In this document: piece after piece, positions 11,984 through 24,529 of the stretch | Layout of the letters: the number at the start of each line of letters is the position of its first letter | Position numbering within the stretch: the first letter of the stretch is position 1 | Assembly: GCA_038087875.1 (NCBI GenBank) | Contig: CM075992.1 | Coordinates: 5,272,001-5,336,000 of the forward strand | Length of the DNA: 64,000 bases | From: Malacoraja senta | Lineage: Eukaryota | Reading direction: 5' to 3' | Translations under genes and position numbers: made by a program | The notes under the pieces: generated by a model | The model's database searches: none | What the model saw: only the letters and a program-made list of their open reading frames with translations | What the model was told of the DNA's origin: nothing

Positions 11984-13096
11984 GTATTGATGTGGATAGA
12001 GAACTGGCTGGCAGACAGGAAGCAAAGTGTAGGAGTAAACGGGTTATTTTCAGAATGGCAGGCAGTGACTAGTGGGGTACCGCAAGGCTCAGTGCTGGGA
12101 CCCCAACTATTTACAATATATATTAATGATTTGGACGAGGGAATTGAATGCAACATCTCCAAGTTTGCGGATGACACGAAGCTGGGGGGCAGCGTTAGCT
12201 GTGAGGAGGATGCTAGGAGGCTGCAACGTGACTTGGATAGGCTGGGTGAGTGGGCAAATGCATGGCAGATGCAGTATAATGTGGATAAATGTGAGGTTAT
12301 CCACTTTGGTGGCAAAAACAGGAAAGTGGACTATTATCTAAATGGTGGCCGATTAGGAAAAGGGGAGATGCAACGAGACCTGGGTGTCATGGTACACCAG
12401 TCATTGAAAGTAGGCATGCAGGTGCAGCAGGCAGTGAAGAAAGCGAATGGTATGTAGCATTCATAGCAAAAGAATTTGAGTATAGGAGCAGGGAGGTTCT
12501 ACTGCAGTTGTACAGGGTCTTGGTGAGGCCACACCTGGAGTATTGTGTACAGTTTTGGTCTCCAAATCTGAGGAAAGACATTCTTGCCATGGAGGGAGTA
12601 CAGAGAAGGTTCACCAGACTGATTCCTGAGATGGCAGGACTTTCATATGAAGAAAGACTGGATAGACTCGGCTTGTACTCGCTAGAATTTAGATGATTGA
12701 GGGGGGATCCTATAGAAACTTACAAAATTCTTAAGGGGTTGGACAGGCTAGATGCAGGAAGATTATTCCCGATGTTGGGGAAGTCCAGGACAAGGGGTCA
12801 CAGTTTAAGGATAAAGGGGAAATCCTTTAGGACCGAGATGAGAAAAACATTTTTCACACAGAGAGTGGTGAATCTCTGGAATTCTCTGCCACAGAAGGTA
12901 GTTGAGGCCAGTTCATTGGCTATATTTAAGAGGGAGTTAGATGTGGCCCTTGTGGCTAAAGGGATCAGGGGGTATGGAGAGAAGGCAGGTACAGGATACT
13001 GAGTTGGATGATCAGCCATGATCATATTGAATGGCGGTGCAGGCTCGAAGGGCCGAATGGCCTACTCCTGCGCCTATTTTCTATGTTTCTATGTTT
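11984..13096 (+). mobile_element. CR1 (HER1-like) LINE, 5'-truncated, RT C-terminal half with frameshift and stop
   Basis: SGVPQGSVLGP, KFADDTKL, VRPHLEYCVQFWSP and LWNSLP motifs, (TTTCTATG)n tail. Abuts a SINE head at 11896-11983. Confidence 0.95.
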
Positions 13097-14539
13097 GTCC
13101 CACCGACCCTTTGTTGCTGGTCGTGGTGGGACTAGAACTCACTGTATGCCTGCCTCATGCTAACACGGTCTTTGTGTACTAAGTATTCTGGGCATCAGAT
13201 GTTGGGCATCTCTCAATGCCATTAGCGAAATTTTCACGCACACTCACCATTGTCAACACAAAGCCTAACGTGTGGACATGCTGAATCACAAAACAAGACT
13301 CCTAATGCAGCCATATACTGTATACAGAAACATTAAACCTTCAAAATAAATACAGACGCATATACACACATGCACAAGAGTGCAGGACCACCCGGGAAAA
13401 TGTTCAATCGCTCGACTACCCTCTCAAGCATTCACAAAAGGATCTTGATAAAAATCCAACCCTTCATTCAGAATGATCTGATCTCCGCCCCTGGTTTCTG
13501 GAGGGCGAGGTCAGTCCAAGTTTCTGCTATGACTCAAGCCCACAGTGTGAGACAGGCTCCTTGATAGCTCGGAGTGGGAGGATATGCCATGCTAGATTGT
13601 TTTTGTAATAAGGTGGAGCAAGTTAGTGAAGCATATGCACAGTGCCAATGTGTTTGTTCAAATCGAAGATAGACAAAATGCTGGGGTAACTCAGTGGGAC
13701 AGGCAGCATCTCTGGAGAAAAGGAATGGGTGACATTTCGGGTCGAGATCTCTTCCTCTTGCCAGAAAGGTGAATTTTTGTAATCTGACCTTCATGAGGTA
13801 AAACATTTAAAACCACCTTAAATTTTCTTCATGATCACAGTGATACAAAAGGTAGTACTTATACTGGAGAACATGCAGTTTGACAATTGAGACTGTTCAT
13901 TGTAATTTAGTTTGAGATGCAGCATGGAAACAAGCCTTTCCACGCACAGAATCCACGCTGATCGGCGATCACCTATTCACGCTAGTTATAGGTAATTTCA
14001 CTTTCTCATTCACTCCCTACAGACTCAGGACATTCCAGCCTATATTATTTGCACAAAAAATGGTTCTAGAACCATTTTATTTCTGTAATTTCCTGAAAGC
14101 AATTTTACTTTGTCAGAATTTTGAACTTTATGTTTCGTTCAGTTTTGAAATTGTTTCGTGATACAGCGTGGAAACAGGCCTTTCGGCCCAATTGAGTCCA
14201 CACTGACCATTGATCACCCATGCCACGCAAGTTCTATGTTGTCCCACTTTTGCATCCACTCACTGGACGATGGAGCTACAAACCGGCACGTCTTTGGACG
14301 TGTGAGGAAACCAGAGCAGGGTGTACGTGCAAACTCCATGCAGACAGCACCCGAGGTGAAGAATGGGCTTGGGTCTCGAGTGTTGTGGGGCAGCAGTTTA
14401 ACCAGCTGCGTCACTATGTCTAATGCAAGCCTTCAGCCTGCCCAATATTGGTACCTGCCCAATAAAAATGTGGTGATCTTCATCTCCAACAACCTAGGTT
14501 CAATTCTGACCTCTGAGAGCTAGCATAGATTTGATGGAC

Positions 14540-14845
14540 TGCACGGTGACGCAGCGGTAGAGTTGCTGCCTTACATCGTTTGCAGCGCCAGAGACCCAGG
14601 ATCGATCCCGACCATGGATACTGTCTGTACGGAGTTTGTCCGTTCTCCCTGTGGTTTTTCTACAAGATCTTCGGTTTCCTCCCACACTCCAAAGACGTAC
14701 ATGTTTGTAGGTTAATTGTCTCGGTATAAGTGTAAACTGTCCGTATTGTGTAGGATAGTGTTAGTGTGCGGGGATCGCTGGTCGGTGCGGACTCGGTGGG
14801 CCGAAGGGCCTGTTCCCGCGCTGTATCTCTAAAACTAAACTAGAC
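14540..14845 (+). mobile_element. HE1-type V-SINE (variant with extra bases after TTACA)
   Basis: Full head, V-domain and tail with (CTAAA)n end. Confidence 0.85.
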
Positions 14846-15404
14846 TGAATGGCCTCCTTTAAATAAGGAGTTACGCTTGTGAAAATGTACATCGTTTCCC
14901 CAACAAGCAACTCAATTCCATGGCAATTTCTGATGAGCAATTAACTTCAGCCTAGCCAGCAGCCACCCAACCCTGTGAATCAGTTTCAACAAAAGCAATG
15001 CTTTGGTCTGTTTTTCTTAATATGTCTAGCATTTCATTATAAATTCTGTCTGTTGAGTGTCGAGTGTTATACAGAGGAAGTGGAACTGTAATTGTCCAGC
15101 CAACAATCCCAGTGCAATCAACTCCCCCGCAGGGTGAAGGAGATGAACACTGACAAATGGAGAGAGGCTCCGTTGTTTCAGACACATTTTTGAACTTCAC
15201 ACAAGTACAGTGGAATGTGCCTGCCTGCCTTTTGGGAAAGTCTAGAGTTGCAAAAGGTGAAGTGCCAGTACTCCCAAGGGCTGCCAAGAAAGTAGATAAT
15301 ACATTCTTGATGGTAGACAAAAATGCTGGAGAAACTCAGCGGGCGAGGCAGCATCTATGGAGCAAAGAAAATAGGCAACGTTTCGTCTGTATTCTAAAAC
15401 AAAT

Positions 15405-15738
15405 AGGAAACATGTTCCCGATGTTGGGGGAGTCCAGAACCAGGGGCCACAGTTTTAGAATAAGGAGTAAGCCATTTAGAACGGAGACGAGGAAACACTT
15501 TTTCTCGCAGAGGATGGTGAGTCTGTGGAATTCTCTGCCTCAGAGGGCGGTGGAGGCAGGTTCTCTGGATGCTTTCAAGAGAGAGCTAGATAGGGCTCTT
15601 AAAAATAGCGGAGTCAGGGGATAAGGGGAGAAGGCAGGAACGGGGTACTGATTGGGGATGATCAGCCATGATCACATTGAATGGCGGTGCTGGCTCGAAG
15701 GGCTGAATGGCCTGCTCCTGCAGCTATTGTCTATTGTG
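15405..15738 (+). mobile_element. CR1 LINE 3' fragment
   Basis: MFPMLGESRTRGHS...LWNSLPQRAVEA. Confidence 0.9.
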
Positions 15739-15984
15739 TAAATAATGCAGTCTCACTTCAATGAAATATAAACGCTAGAGTCCTCACGATGCAGTTGGAG
15801 TGAGTTGGGCTTACATGGCATTAGGGGGTTACCAACACTGGGCGAATTCCTCCAGGTTGCATCACGACCTCTCACCTATAACTGAAGATGGGAGGTCAGG
15901 AATATGACGAAGGCAGGTCAGCATCTCGACTTTCTAACGAGTTGAAAGAGAATTAGCATGTCACCGAATACACCAACAAAGCTT

Positions 15985-16790
15985 CACAGATATACTGTAG
16001 GAGGTGTCCTGAATAGTTGCATCACAGCTGGTACGGCAATTCTAATGTAAGAGGTGGTGAATTCCGCAAAGACCATCGCAGGCACAGTCCCTCTCACCAT
16101 TGAAGATATCTACAGGAGACGCTGCTTCAAGGTGGTGGCATCTATCGTCAAAGACTCCAACCATCCGCCACAAGCCCTCTGCTCGTCGGGCAGGAGGTAT
16201 AGAAGCATGAAGTCCCACATCACATGGTTCAGGAACAGCTGCTTTTCTACAACCATTGGGCTCCTCAACCAACCTGCACAACCAGTAACATGGTGACGCA
16301 GGGGTAGAGTTGCTGCCTTACAGCGCCAGAGATCCTGCCTGGTGCTATCCTGACTACGGGCGCTGTCTGTACGGAGTTTGTACGTTCTCCATGTGACCGT
16401 GTGGGTTTTCCCCGGGTGCTCCGGTTTCTTCCCACATTCCAAAGACGTACAGGTTTGTCCAATTTGGCTTTGGTTAAAAATGTAAATTGGTCCTAGTGTG
16501 TAGGATAGTGTTAATGTACAGGGATTGCTGGTCAGCACGGACTTGGTGGGCCGAAGGGCCTGATTTCCGGGCTGTATCTCTGCACTAAACTAAACTAACC
16601 CTAATCCTACCTTAGCAATGAAACACTATGGACCACCTCTTGCTACCATAAACTTGTTTTTAAACTGTGTTGCGCTGTTTTTATGCAGTGTCATAGTCCA
16701 TGTGCCTTTGATGCTGCTGCAAGCATGATTTTCAGTGCACCTGTATCTCACCAGACTTGCACAGATGACAATAAACTTGACTTGACTTGA
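15985..16790 (+). mobile_element. Rex1/Babar fragment interrupted by a SINE (16290-16597)
   Basis: SIVKDSNHP...SGRRYRSMKSHITWFRNSCFSTTIGLLNQ. Tail gacaataaa(CTTGA)3. Confidence 0.8.
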
Positions 16791-16954
16791 AATTCTCCGC
16801 CCCCAGTATTGATTCATCCTTCTGACAAACTGCCTTCAAGGCTAATGAGTAAAGCAACAAACTAGGCCACCTTAACGTTAACCCACACTGCCATGTAACT
16901 GTAGGACACAGGATTAAAAAGGAAACGAAAATAAGGTAAAAAAGAGCCTTTTTA

Positions 16955-17238
16955 GTTCAGTTTAGGGATACAGCGCGGAAACAGGCCCTTCGGCCCGAGT
17001 CCTCACCTATCAGCGAACTCCGCACACTAACACTATCCTACACACACTAGGGACAATTTACAATTATTACCAATACAAACATGTAGGTCTTTGGAGTGTG
17101 GGAGGAAACTGGACGAAACCCACACAGGTCACGGGTATAACGTACTGACTCCATACAGACAGCCCCCGTAGTCAGGATCGGACCCGGATCCTTGGTGCTG
17201 CAAGGCAGCGACTGTCCTGCTGCGCCACTGTGCCGCCC
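16955..17238 (-). mobile_element. HE1-type V-SINE
   Basis: Reverse-complement SINE consensus. Confidence 0.8.
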
Positions 17239-18225
17239 CAAACTTAGTACCCAATGTCAACATATTCAAATCAACCCCTTACAAGGCAATAGGAAGCTTG
17301 AGTAAATACAGGCTGCTATGGAGCAAGTTCCTAATTGCTGGGAGATAATTCGGGGACGTACAAGCCAAGTCTCTTTCCTTTGGAGGCCAGAGGTGGAACA
17401 GGTCTTCCCTCAGCCACTGAGGCCTCCCCCAACAACCACTGGCCCTTCCCCAAACCCTTGTCTGCCCCATGCATCGACTCCAATCAGAATTTGCCTCTAT
17501 ACTCAAGTTTGACTGATTGCATTTATGTATAGTATTTCTGATCTGTTTGGATAGCATGCAAAACAAAGCTCTTTTTGTTGTTTAAGAAGGAACTGCACAT
17601 GCTGGAAAATCGAAGGTACACAAAAATGCTGTAGAAACTCAGCGGGTGCAGCAGCATCTATGGAGCGAAGGAAATAGGCAACGTTTGACAGTCAAAACCT
17701 TTTTCCAGGGTGGAAATGTCAACGGCTAGAGGGCATAGCTTTACAGTGAGGCTTTACAGTAAAGTTCAAAGGAGATGTACGAGGCAGGAATTTGTCCCCC
17801 AAGAGTGGTGGGTGCCTGGAACGCACTGTCAGGGACAGCAGTGGAGGCAGATACGACAGTGGCAGTGAAGAGGCTTTTAGACAAATCAATGCACAGGGAA
17901 AGGAGGAGCATGGATCACGAGTAGACAGATTAGATTAGTTTAATATGACATTAGGTTCGGCACAGACATTGTGGGCTGAGGGCCTGCTCCCGTGTTGTAG
18001 GACTCGAGATCCTTTGAGGGATCTGGGGTTCCTTGGACCAAGACGAGTACAATTAAGAGAGGAGGAAGAAAGCTCAGCAACCAGGAGATATTTCGGCAAC
18101 TGGCAGAAACTTTAGACAGGATTGAGGAGATTATTTTTCGCCTAAATTGCAGTGGGGGGGTGGGGGGGTCTGGAACACAGATTAGAGGGCAGTGGGGGGC
18201 AGAAACCTTGGGCACATCTGAGAAG

Positions 18226-18606
18226 CAAAGATCCTATAGCGGAGCTAGATAGACCACTCCTGCTACATGGGCTGACGTGTAGTACGCAACGGAACGTGGG
18301 CCTTTTTTTCATCCATTTCCGTAACCAGACCCGACCCGACTCGCAGTGTAATCAACGTTGCGGGGGAACAGTTTGTGTTAATAAATTTAAATTCTGAAAA
18401 TGAGAAGATTTTTACCTAACAACTTTTATTTTTACGAAGATGTTTCCGTAACCGGCTTCCGTCCCGCACTAGTACCCTATGGGATCTTTGGTGCGGAGAC
18501 GGAAGCCAGTTACAGAAATGGGGCCTAAAATGACCCATGAATCTGCCCATGACCGTACTACGTCTTTTTCGTCGAGTGGACTATCTTGCTCGCTATAGGA
18601 TCTTTG
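18226..18606. mobile_element. Non-autonomous DNA transposon with 8-bp TSD (P-element-like; hAT not excluded)
   Basis: About 33-bp TIRs CAAAGATCCTATAGCG.../...CGCTATAGGATCTTTG and perfect TSD CTGAGAAG at 18218-18225 and 18607-18614. Confidence 0.85.
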
Positions 18607-19269
18607 CTGAGAAGTATCTAGATGAACACTCAAATTGCCGCTAATCTACCAAACTGTGGAAAGAGAGGTTAAACCAACTTGGATATAAGAGACCAAATAG
18701 ACTCCTTTTGTAATGTAAATTTCTATGATCCATCATTCCTACCCTGCCAACTAAAACCCTACCAGTCTGATGCCACCTTAATTGGCCTCTAAATTGCTTC
18801 TATTTTGCAGGGAGTCAATGCGAATGTGTGTTAAAACAGCAGCGTGAATGGATGATCAATGATCGGAGAGGACTTGATGGACCTATTTCCATACCGTTGC
18901 ATCAAAATGTTCTCATATTAAAAGAATCGGAGACTCAAATACATCAAGCACACATTTCAATGCTTTACATAACTGGTGGACATTGGTAGAATCAATTAGC
19001 AGTTACGTAATTAATTATCAGTTCTGTTTCAAATCTCTTTCGGAGCTTAGATATTCCTGTGCCATCGATTTTGGCCGTTCCCTCAAAAATAACAACTTCA
19101 AGGGCTGGGAATTGTTATTAGTCAGGCACTGCAACCTCACGCTGCACACCCATCCTCCTGACCATGATAACACCAGCGGTCAAGATAAGGTGAATACCAA
19201 TAGCATCGAGAGAGAGAAAGCAGGCCAGGGACTGAGATCTTTGGGCGTGGGCAACTAGACCTTCTTGTG

Positions 19270-19555
19270 TTCAAGTTCAAGTTGAAGTTTACATTTATTG
19301 TCACATGCACCAATTGGTACAGTGAGATTTGGGTTACCCTACAGCCATACGAATAATAAGAGACACAACACACGATAGAATTTAACATAAACATCCCCAC
19401 ACAGCGGAATCAACGTTTCCCACTGTGAGGGAAAGGCAATAAAGTTCAGTCATCCTCCTCTTTGTTGTTCACCCGTGGTCGGGGCCTCCCGAGCCCTCCG
19501 CAGTCGCCGCTACGGCAGCCCGATCTTCAGGCCCACTCGCCGGGATGATGGCCCA
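19270..19555 (-). mobile_element. Non-autonomous retroelement with Rex1-like tail and GC-rich body
   Basis: Minus-strand tail tgacaataaa plus (AACTTG)n, internal hairpin 19394-19432, CpG-rich 5' part. Confidence 0.55.
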
Positions 19556-20243
19556 GCACACCAACCCCACCTCCCAGCCATCAATTCCTGCCTTCACATC
19601 TGCTTTAGGTCAACGGGGATTCAAAATAACATCAGAGGCGACAGAGAAAAACACAGCAAGAGGAGAGAAAGTGAAAGTGAGAGAGAAAATACAGGAAGTT
19701 TGGGAGAGAATGAGGGAAAGAAGAAGGAAGTCAAATGTGCATCCTGTAGCGTCTTTCACAAACGCAGAACAACCAGAACGCAAATAGGGTCACGATGAAT
19801 TTCTTCAGAATCAGAGGCTTGTAAATCGTTGGAATTCCCTATGAGCAACAAGTGTTTAATTGTGTTATGTACTGACAATGTACGGAAGCATGAAATTCTC
19901 ACTTGTGGCAGCATAACAGTCCTAATAAATGGAACACATGCAGATAATATACAAGAAATAAATTCAATAAAATAATAGACAGGATACTAGTGTGAAAAAA
20001 ACGCCTAAAATCTTAGTCCAACCAAAGACCGTCCACGGAAGGTCATAGTTTAGGTCAGGGTTGTAAACTGGAAGACAGTGAATGTTTTGTCACCAATACA
20101 GTATATTCAAGAGTGAGATTTCTCAAGCTTAGAAAAGACTTGAACGTCTTGAGGAACAAAATCGCCATAATTGAATGGTGGAGCAAGTTTGAAGGGCTGA
20201 ATGATTGACTCCTGCCTCTTTATTTTTTTCTTTGCTCGATCTA

Positions 20244-20589
20244 TTTTCTACAACCATTGGGTTCTTGAACCAACCTGTGACATGGTGACGCAGGGGTAGA
20301 GATCCTTACAGCGCCAGAGATCCTGCCCATTTCCATCCTGACTACGGGCGCTGTCCGTACGGAGTTTGTACGTTCTCCCTGTGACCACGTGGGTTTCCCC
20401 GGGTGTTCTGGTTTCTTCCCACATTCCAAAGACGTACAGGTTTGTACAATTTGGCTTTGGTAAAAAATGTAAATTGGTCCTAGTGTGTAGGATAGAGTTA
20501 ATGTACAGGGATTGCTGGTCAGCCCGGACTTGGTGGGCCGAAGGGCCTGATTTCCGGGCTGTCCTCTCTGCATTAAACTAAACTAACCC
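20244..20589 (+). repeat. Duplicated Rex1-flank plus SINE segment (copy of 16243-16600)
   Basis: Shares the non-SINE flank ttttctacaaccattggg and private SINE variants with the 16.3-kb copy. Confidence 0.8.
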
Positions 20590-20841
20590 AATGTTTAAGA
20601 AGAAACTGCAGATGCTTGAAAAATCGAAGGTAGACAAAAATGCTGGAGGAACTCAGTGGGTGAGGCACAAGACAATTTTACCCATCAAAATTCTCCTCAG
20701 CTAAATGGTCACTTTAATAATGTGACATTTCGTGAGGGAAATATTTACATTTCCAAATATCCCTCTCTCCTTCCTCCTGTAGTACAGGCGACAATAGTAA
20801 ACCTAAACCGTTAGCACACTAATGGAAAATCTGCCATTATT

Positions 20842-21995
20842 ATTATTTTTTTTTTTTTTTTTAATTTTTATTTATTAGAAGTACATTACATTACAACCAC
20901 ATACATTAATACTCATCATTTATATCTTCTTACAATTAATGTACTCCCTTTATTTATTTTTTTACACTAGAGAAAGAAAAGATTGAAAGAGAGAAGAAAG
21001 TGAAGGAAAAAGTGCAAGTGTAGAAAAGTGTAGAAAATGTAACAACAAAAAAGGACGAAGACCCTATAAGAGCGAAATTAAAAACAAAAAGAAAAAGAGT
21101 TAAGAAATAGGCCCTAAGAAAAGAAAAGAGAAAGAGAAAAAAAAAGAAGAAAAAAAAAAAAAAAAAAAAAAAAATTAAAAAAAAAAATTTAAAAAAAATA
21201 AAAAAAAGTTTTTTTTTTGAGCATCAGGTAAATAGGACATACCAACTCTTCAACTATCATCCCCCCTTACCCGACCTCAATTTTTTATTTTTTTAAAGTA
21301 CTTTTGCACCCTATGTTTGTAATAATTCTATAAATGCAGACCACGTCAGGTGGAAGTGATCTGGTTTACCTGCTAGGAGGAGTCTTATCTCTTCAAGGTG
21401 TAATGTTTCAAACATATTTGAAATCCACATATTTATAGTTGGTATTGGAGCCTTCTTCCAAAATTTTAGAATTAGCTTTTTTCCAGTTATTAACCCATAA
21501 TCCATTAATTTCTTTTGAAACACGTTTAGTTCTGGATCATCTTCCGTTATTCCGAAGATAATCCATTCTGCTTTGGGTATCAGTCTTGTTTTAAATAACT
21601 TTGTAAAGATTTCAAAAATTTCATTCCAAAATTTTTGAATTTTTGTACAGAAGACAAATGAGTGCGCTATAGTTGCTTCTTGGGATTGACATTTATCACA
21701 AATAGATGATACGTTTGGGAAAATTTTATGAATTTTAGTTTTCGAATAATATAATCTATGTAAAATTTTAAATTGTATTAAAGTGTGTCTTACATTAATC
21801 GAGCATTTATGCACTTTTAATAAGTATTCATTCCAACTTTCCTTTGAAATTTTAATAGCTAACTCTTGTTCCCAGTCTCTTCTGATACCCTCCGTAGATG
21901 GTATTTGTGCATTTAAGATAATATTGTACAAATATGATATTAAGTTTGCTGATTCCGCTTTTATCTGCATTGCCTCGTCCAGTACATCTGCTGGG
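20842..21995 (-). mobile_element. L1-clade LINE, 5'-truncated: ORF2 C-terminal Cys-rich domain, 3' UTR and polyA
   Basis: Open frame 21995-21311 (QFKILHRLY...CDKC...HSFVFC...FW), AATAAA plus polyA at ~20850, TSD gccattatt at 20833-20841 and 21996-22004. Confidence 0.9.
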
Positions 21996-22020
21996 GCCAT
22001 TATTTTTTCATTTGCAGTTA

Positions 22021-22436
22021 AAGTAAACCCTCGCAATAACGGACCTCGGAGGGGGACGAGGTGGGGAGGGTGGTGCCCGACATTGCCGTCTGTCCATTAT
22101 AACCGAGCAAGGGGGGTAAATATTAACTAAATTAACTCAAGGTCGAGAGGAAAGGAACACGGCTTTGCGGGGGGGTGGGGGGGGGAATAAACTAGGGGGA
22201 ATTCATAGGCCAGGGAGCCACAGAACCCCCGGCCTCACACGCAGTGCACCGGGGGATGGGCCCGGTTCTCACACCCCCTTCATGCTGCTCCCTCTCTCCT
22301 CTCCAGTGACCAGAAGCCCCCGCCACGTGGTGGCAGCTCGGCGGAAGCAGGGCGGGGGGGGGGGAGGGGCAACGGAGTCTCTGTCCGCTATAACCAAATC
22401 TGCTGTAGAGGGGTCCTTTATCGCGAGGGTTTACTG
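22021..22436. mobile_element. Tc1/mariner (Tigger/pogo-like) MITE
   Basis: TIRs AAGTAAACCCTCGCAATAACGGACC / GGTCCTTTATCGCGAGGGTTTACTG with TA on both sides. Confidence 0.8.
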
Positions 22437-24529
22437 TATTTATCTCTAAGCTTTATGCAAACCGGGGGGGGGGGGGCGGGGAGTCAGGGATCACAGCGCT
22501 CGCAAAGTATGGGGTCAGTCATTCAATGAGAAGATAATAAATATTCTCTCTCTCTCTCTTTCTAAGAGGATTGTAAAGGCTCAATAATTAAATGTATTCA
22601 AGGCAGAGATTAATAACTTTTAAGGGAATTAGGGGGTGGGTGATTAGCACCAGAAAGTGTTGCTGAGGTAAATGAAGAGCCATGATATTATTGAGCGGAG
22701 GAGCAGGCATGAGGGGCTGAATGGCCTTTTCCTCCTTCTATTTCATGTTACATTCTTCTGTGACTAAAGGAGATGCGATATAGCCAAGCATCCTCCCCTA
22801 ATCGCGGCATCTGTGCACCACGACTGATAAAACAATTGGCCATTTATCCCGGTCGGGTTTACAACCTTCAGATGAAGTCGTTGAGCTCCTGTTTTTGTAA
22901 AAGGCCTGGAGGCCAGTCAGAAGAGAGAGCGCTTTCTTCGCTTCCCTTTGCAACTAAAGATGGAAGTAACACGAGTAAAAGCCTTTTAAAACGTCCCCAC
23001 AAAGTCGATCATTGTGAGCCAAACGTGGACAAAGACACCGACTATTTGCAGTCTTTTTGACTCGAGCCGCGGTCTGAAGTTCTGCGGAGAGACAAATAAC
23101 CTCTTCAAACGCAGGTGGCTGCTCCAACCACATCGCAAAGCTGCACTCCTCATACACAATCCACCACAGAGAGGTTCCCCCCAACAAAGAAAGAACTGCA
23201 TTTCCATAGCGCCTTTTGCACACCTGTTGACATCCCAAAGCTGGTGCAATGAAAACAAATGTCTTCACCCAAACAGTGAATATTTGGGGGGGGGGGAAAA
23301 GGACACAAAGTGCTGGAGTCACTCAGCGGGTCAGGCAGCATCTTTGGTGAGTGCGGATAGATGATCTTTTAGGAATGGGAGTTAGATTTAGCTCTTAGGG
23401 CTAAAGGAATCAAGGGATATGGGGAAAAAAGCAGGAACGGGGTACTGATTTTAGTTGATCAGCCATGTTCATATTGAATGTTGGCATGGCTCGAAGGGCC
23501 GAATGGCCTACTCCTGCACCTATTTTTCCACGTTTACCATGTTTTCCATGGTTTATGGACACACTAATCTGTTCTGTTTTCATGCCGTCTATATTCTGTT
23601 GTGCTGAAGCAAAGCAAGAATTTCATTGTCCTATCTGCGACACATGACAATAAACTCTCTTGAATCTTGAATCTTCAGTTTTTTCTATGGATGAGACCTA
23701 ATTGGGTGACCACAAACAGACCAGACGCAACAGAGAAGGCTCTCCAGATAGTCAAACAGCACTCAGCTCAGTGGACTGGATCTGACAATAGATGTTCCCA
23801 TAACATAGTTCTGCTGACATGTGATAATGCACAATAATATTGTGCAGCATCTCGTGTCTTAGTGCAACACTGATTCTCCTTACTCAACTTTTGCATAAAC
23901 ATCCACAATATGTTGATAGATGATGAGCCGAGATCCCCTTTTCTTTTTACACGCAAGGCTTACGCAACATCAAAACATGATCTAATCATGAGTCAAAAAG
24001 GCAGCCAACTTAACTGTTCAAATACCGTTTCTCGTGAGTTTGAAGTGACAATGAAAAGGATTGGGGTTTGAATTGTTTGAGAAGGAACTGCAGATGCTGG
24101 AAAAATCGAAGGTAGACAAAAATGTTGGAGAAACTCAGCGGGTGAGGCAGCATCTATGGAGCGAAGGAAAGGGTGATGTTTCGGGTCGAGACCCTTCTTC
24201 AGACTTGTCAGATTCGCACAGCACTTCAAAGCCAATTAATCATTGACGAAAATATTTAAGCAACTCAACAGGTCGGACAGTATCTGTGGAGGGAATGGAC
24301 AGATGACGGTTTGGGTTGGGACCCTTCTTCAGATACTTGTGCCTCCAATGTCATAACGTCGAAAATTTCTGCAGCCAATCTGTGTACAGCGAGCTCCCAC
24401 AATCATTGTGCTTAAGACCAAGTAATCTGTTTTGTTGATGTTGCCCAAGGGATATTTGTTGGGCTTGAAGAATAACTCGCTGCTTTAAAAAAAAAAGATT
24501 GCCTCAGGGATCTTTTAACCATTGTAGGC

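Noticed and set aside
11957..13002. Reverse-transcriptase ORFs as a host or novel RT gene
   Set aside because: 5'-truncated CR1 copy with a frameshift and stop. Near-identical fragments occur at 55 and 58.6 kb.
14952..15320. Cys-containing minus ORF as possible Notch exon 3
   Set aside because: Cys spacing is not EGF-like, there is no CxxG(F/W/Y)xGxxC motif, and no convincing splice sites.
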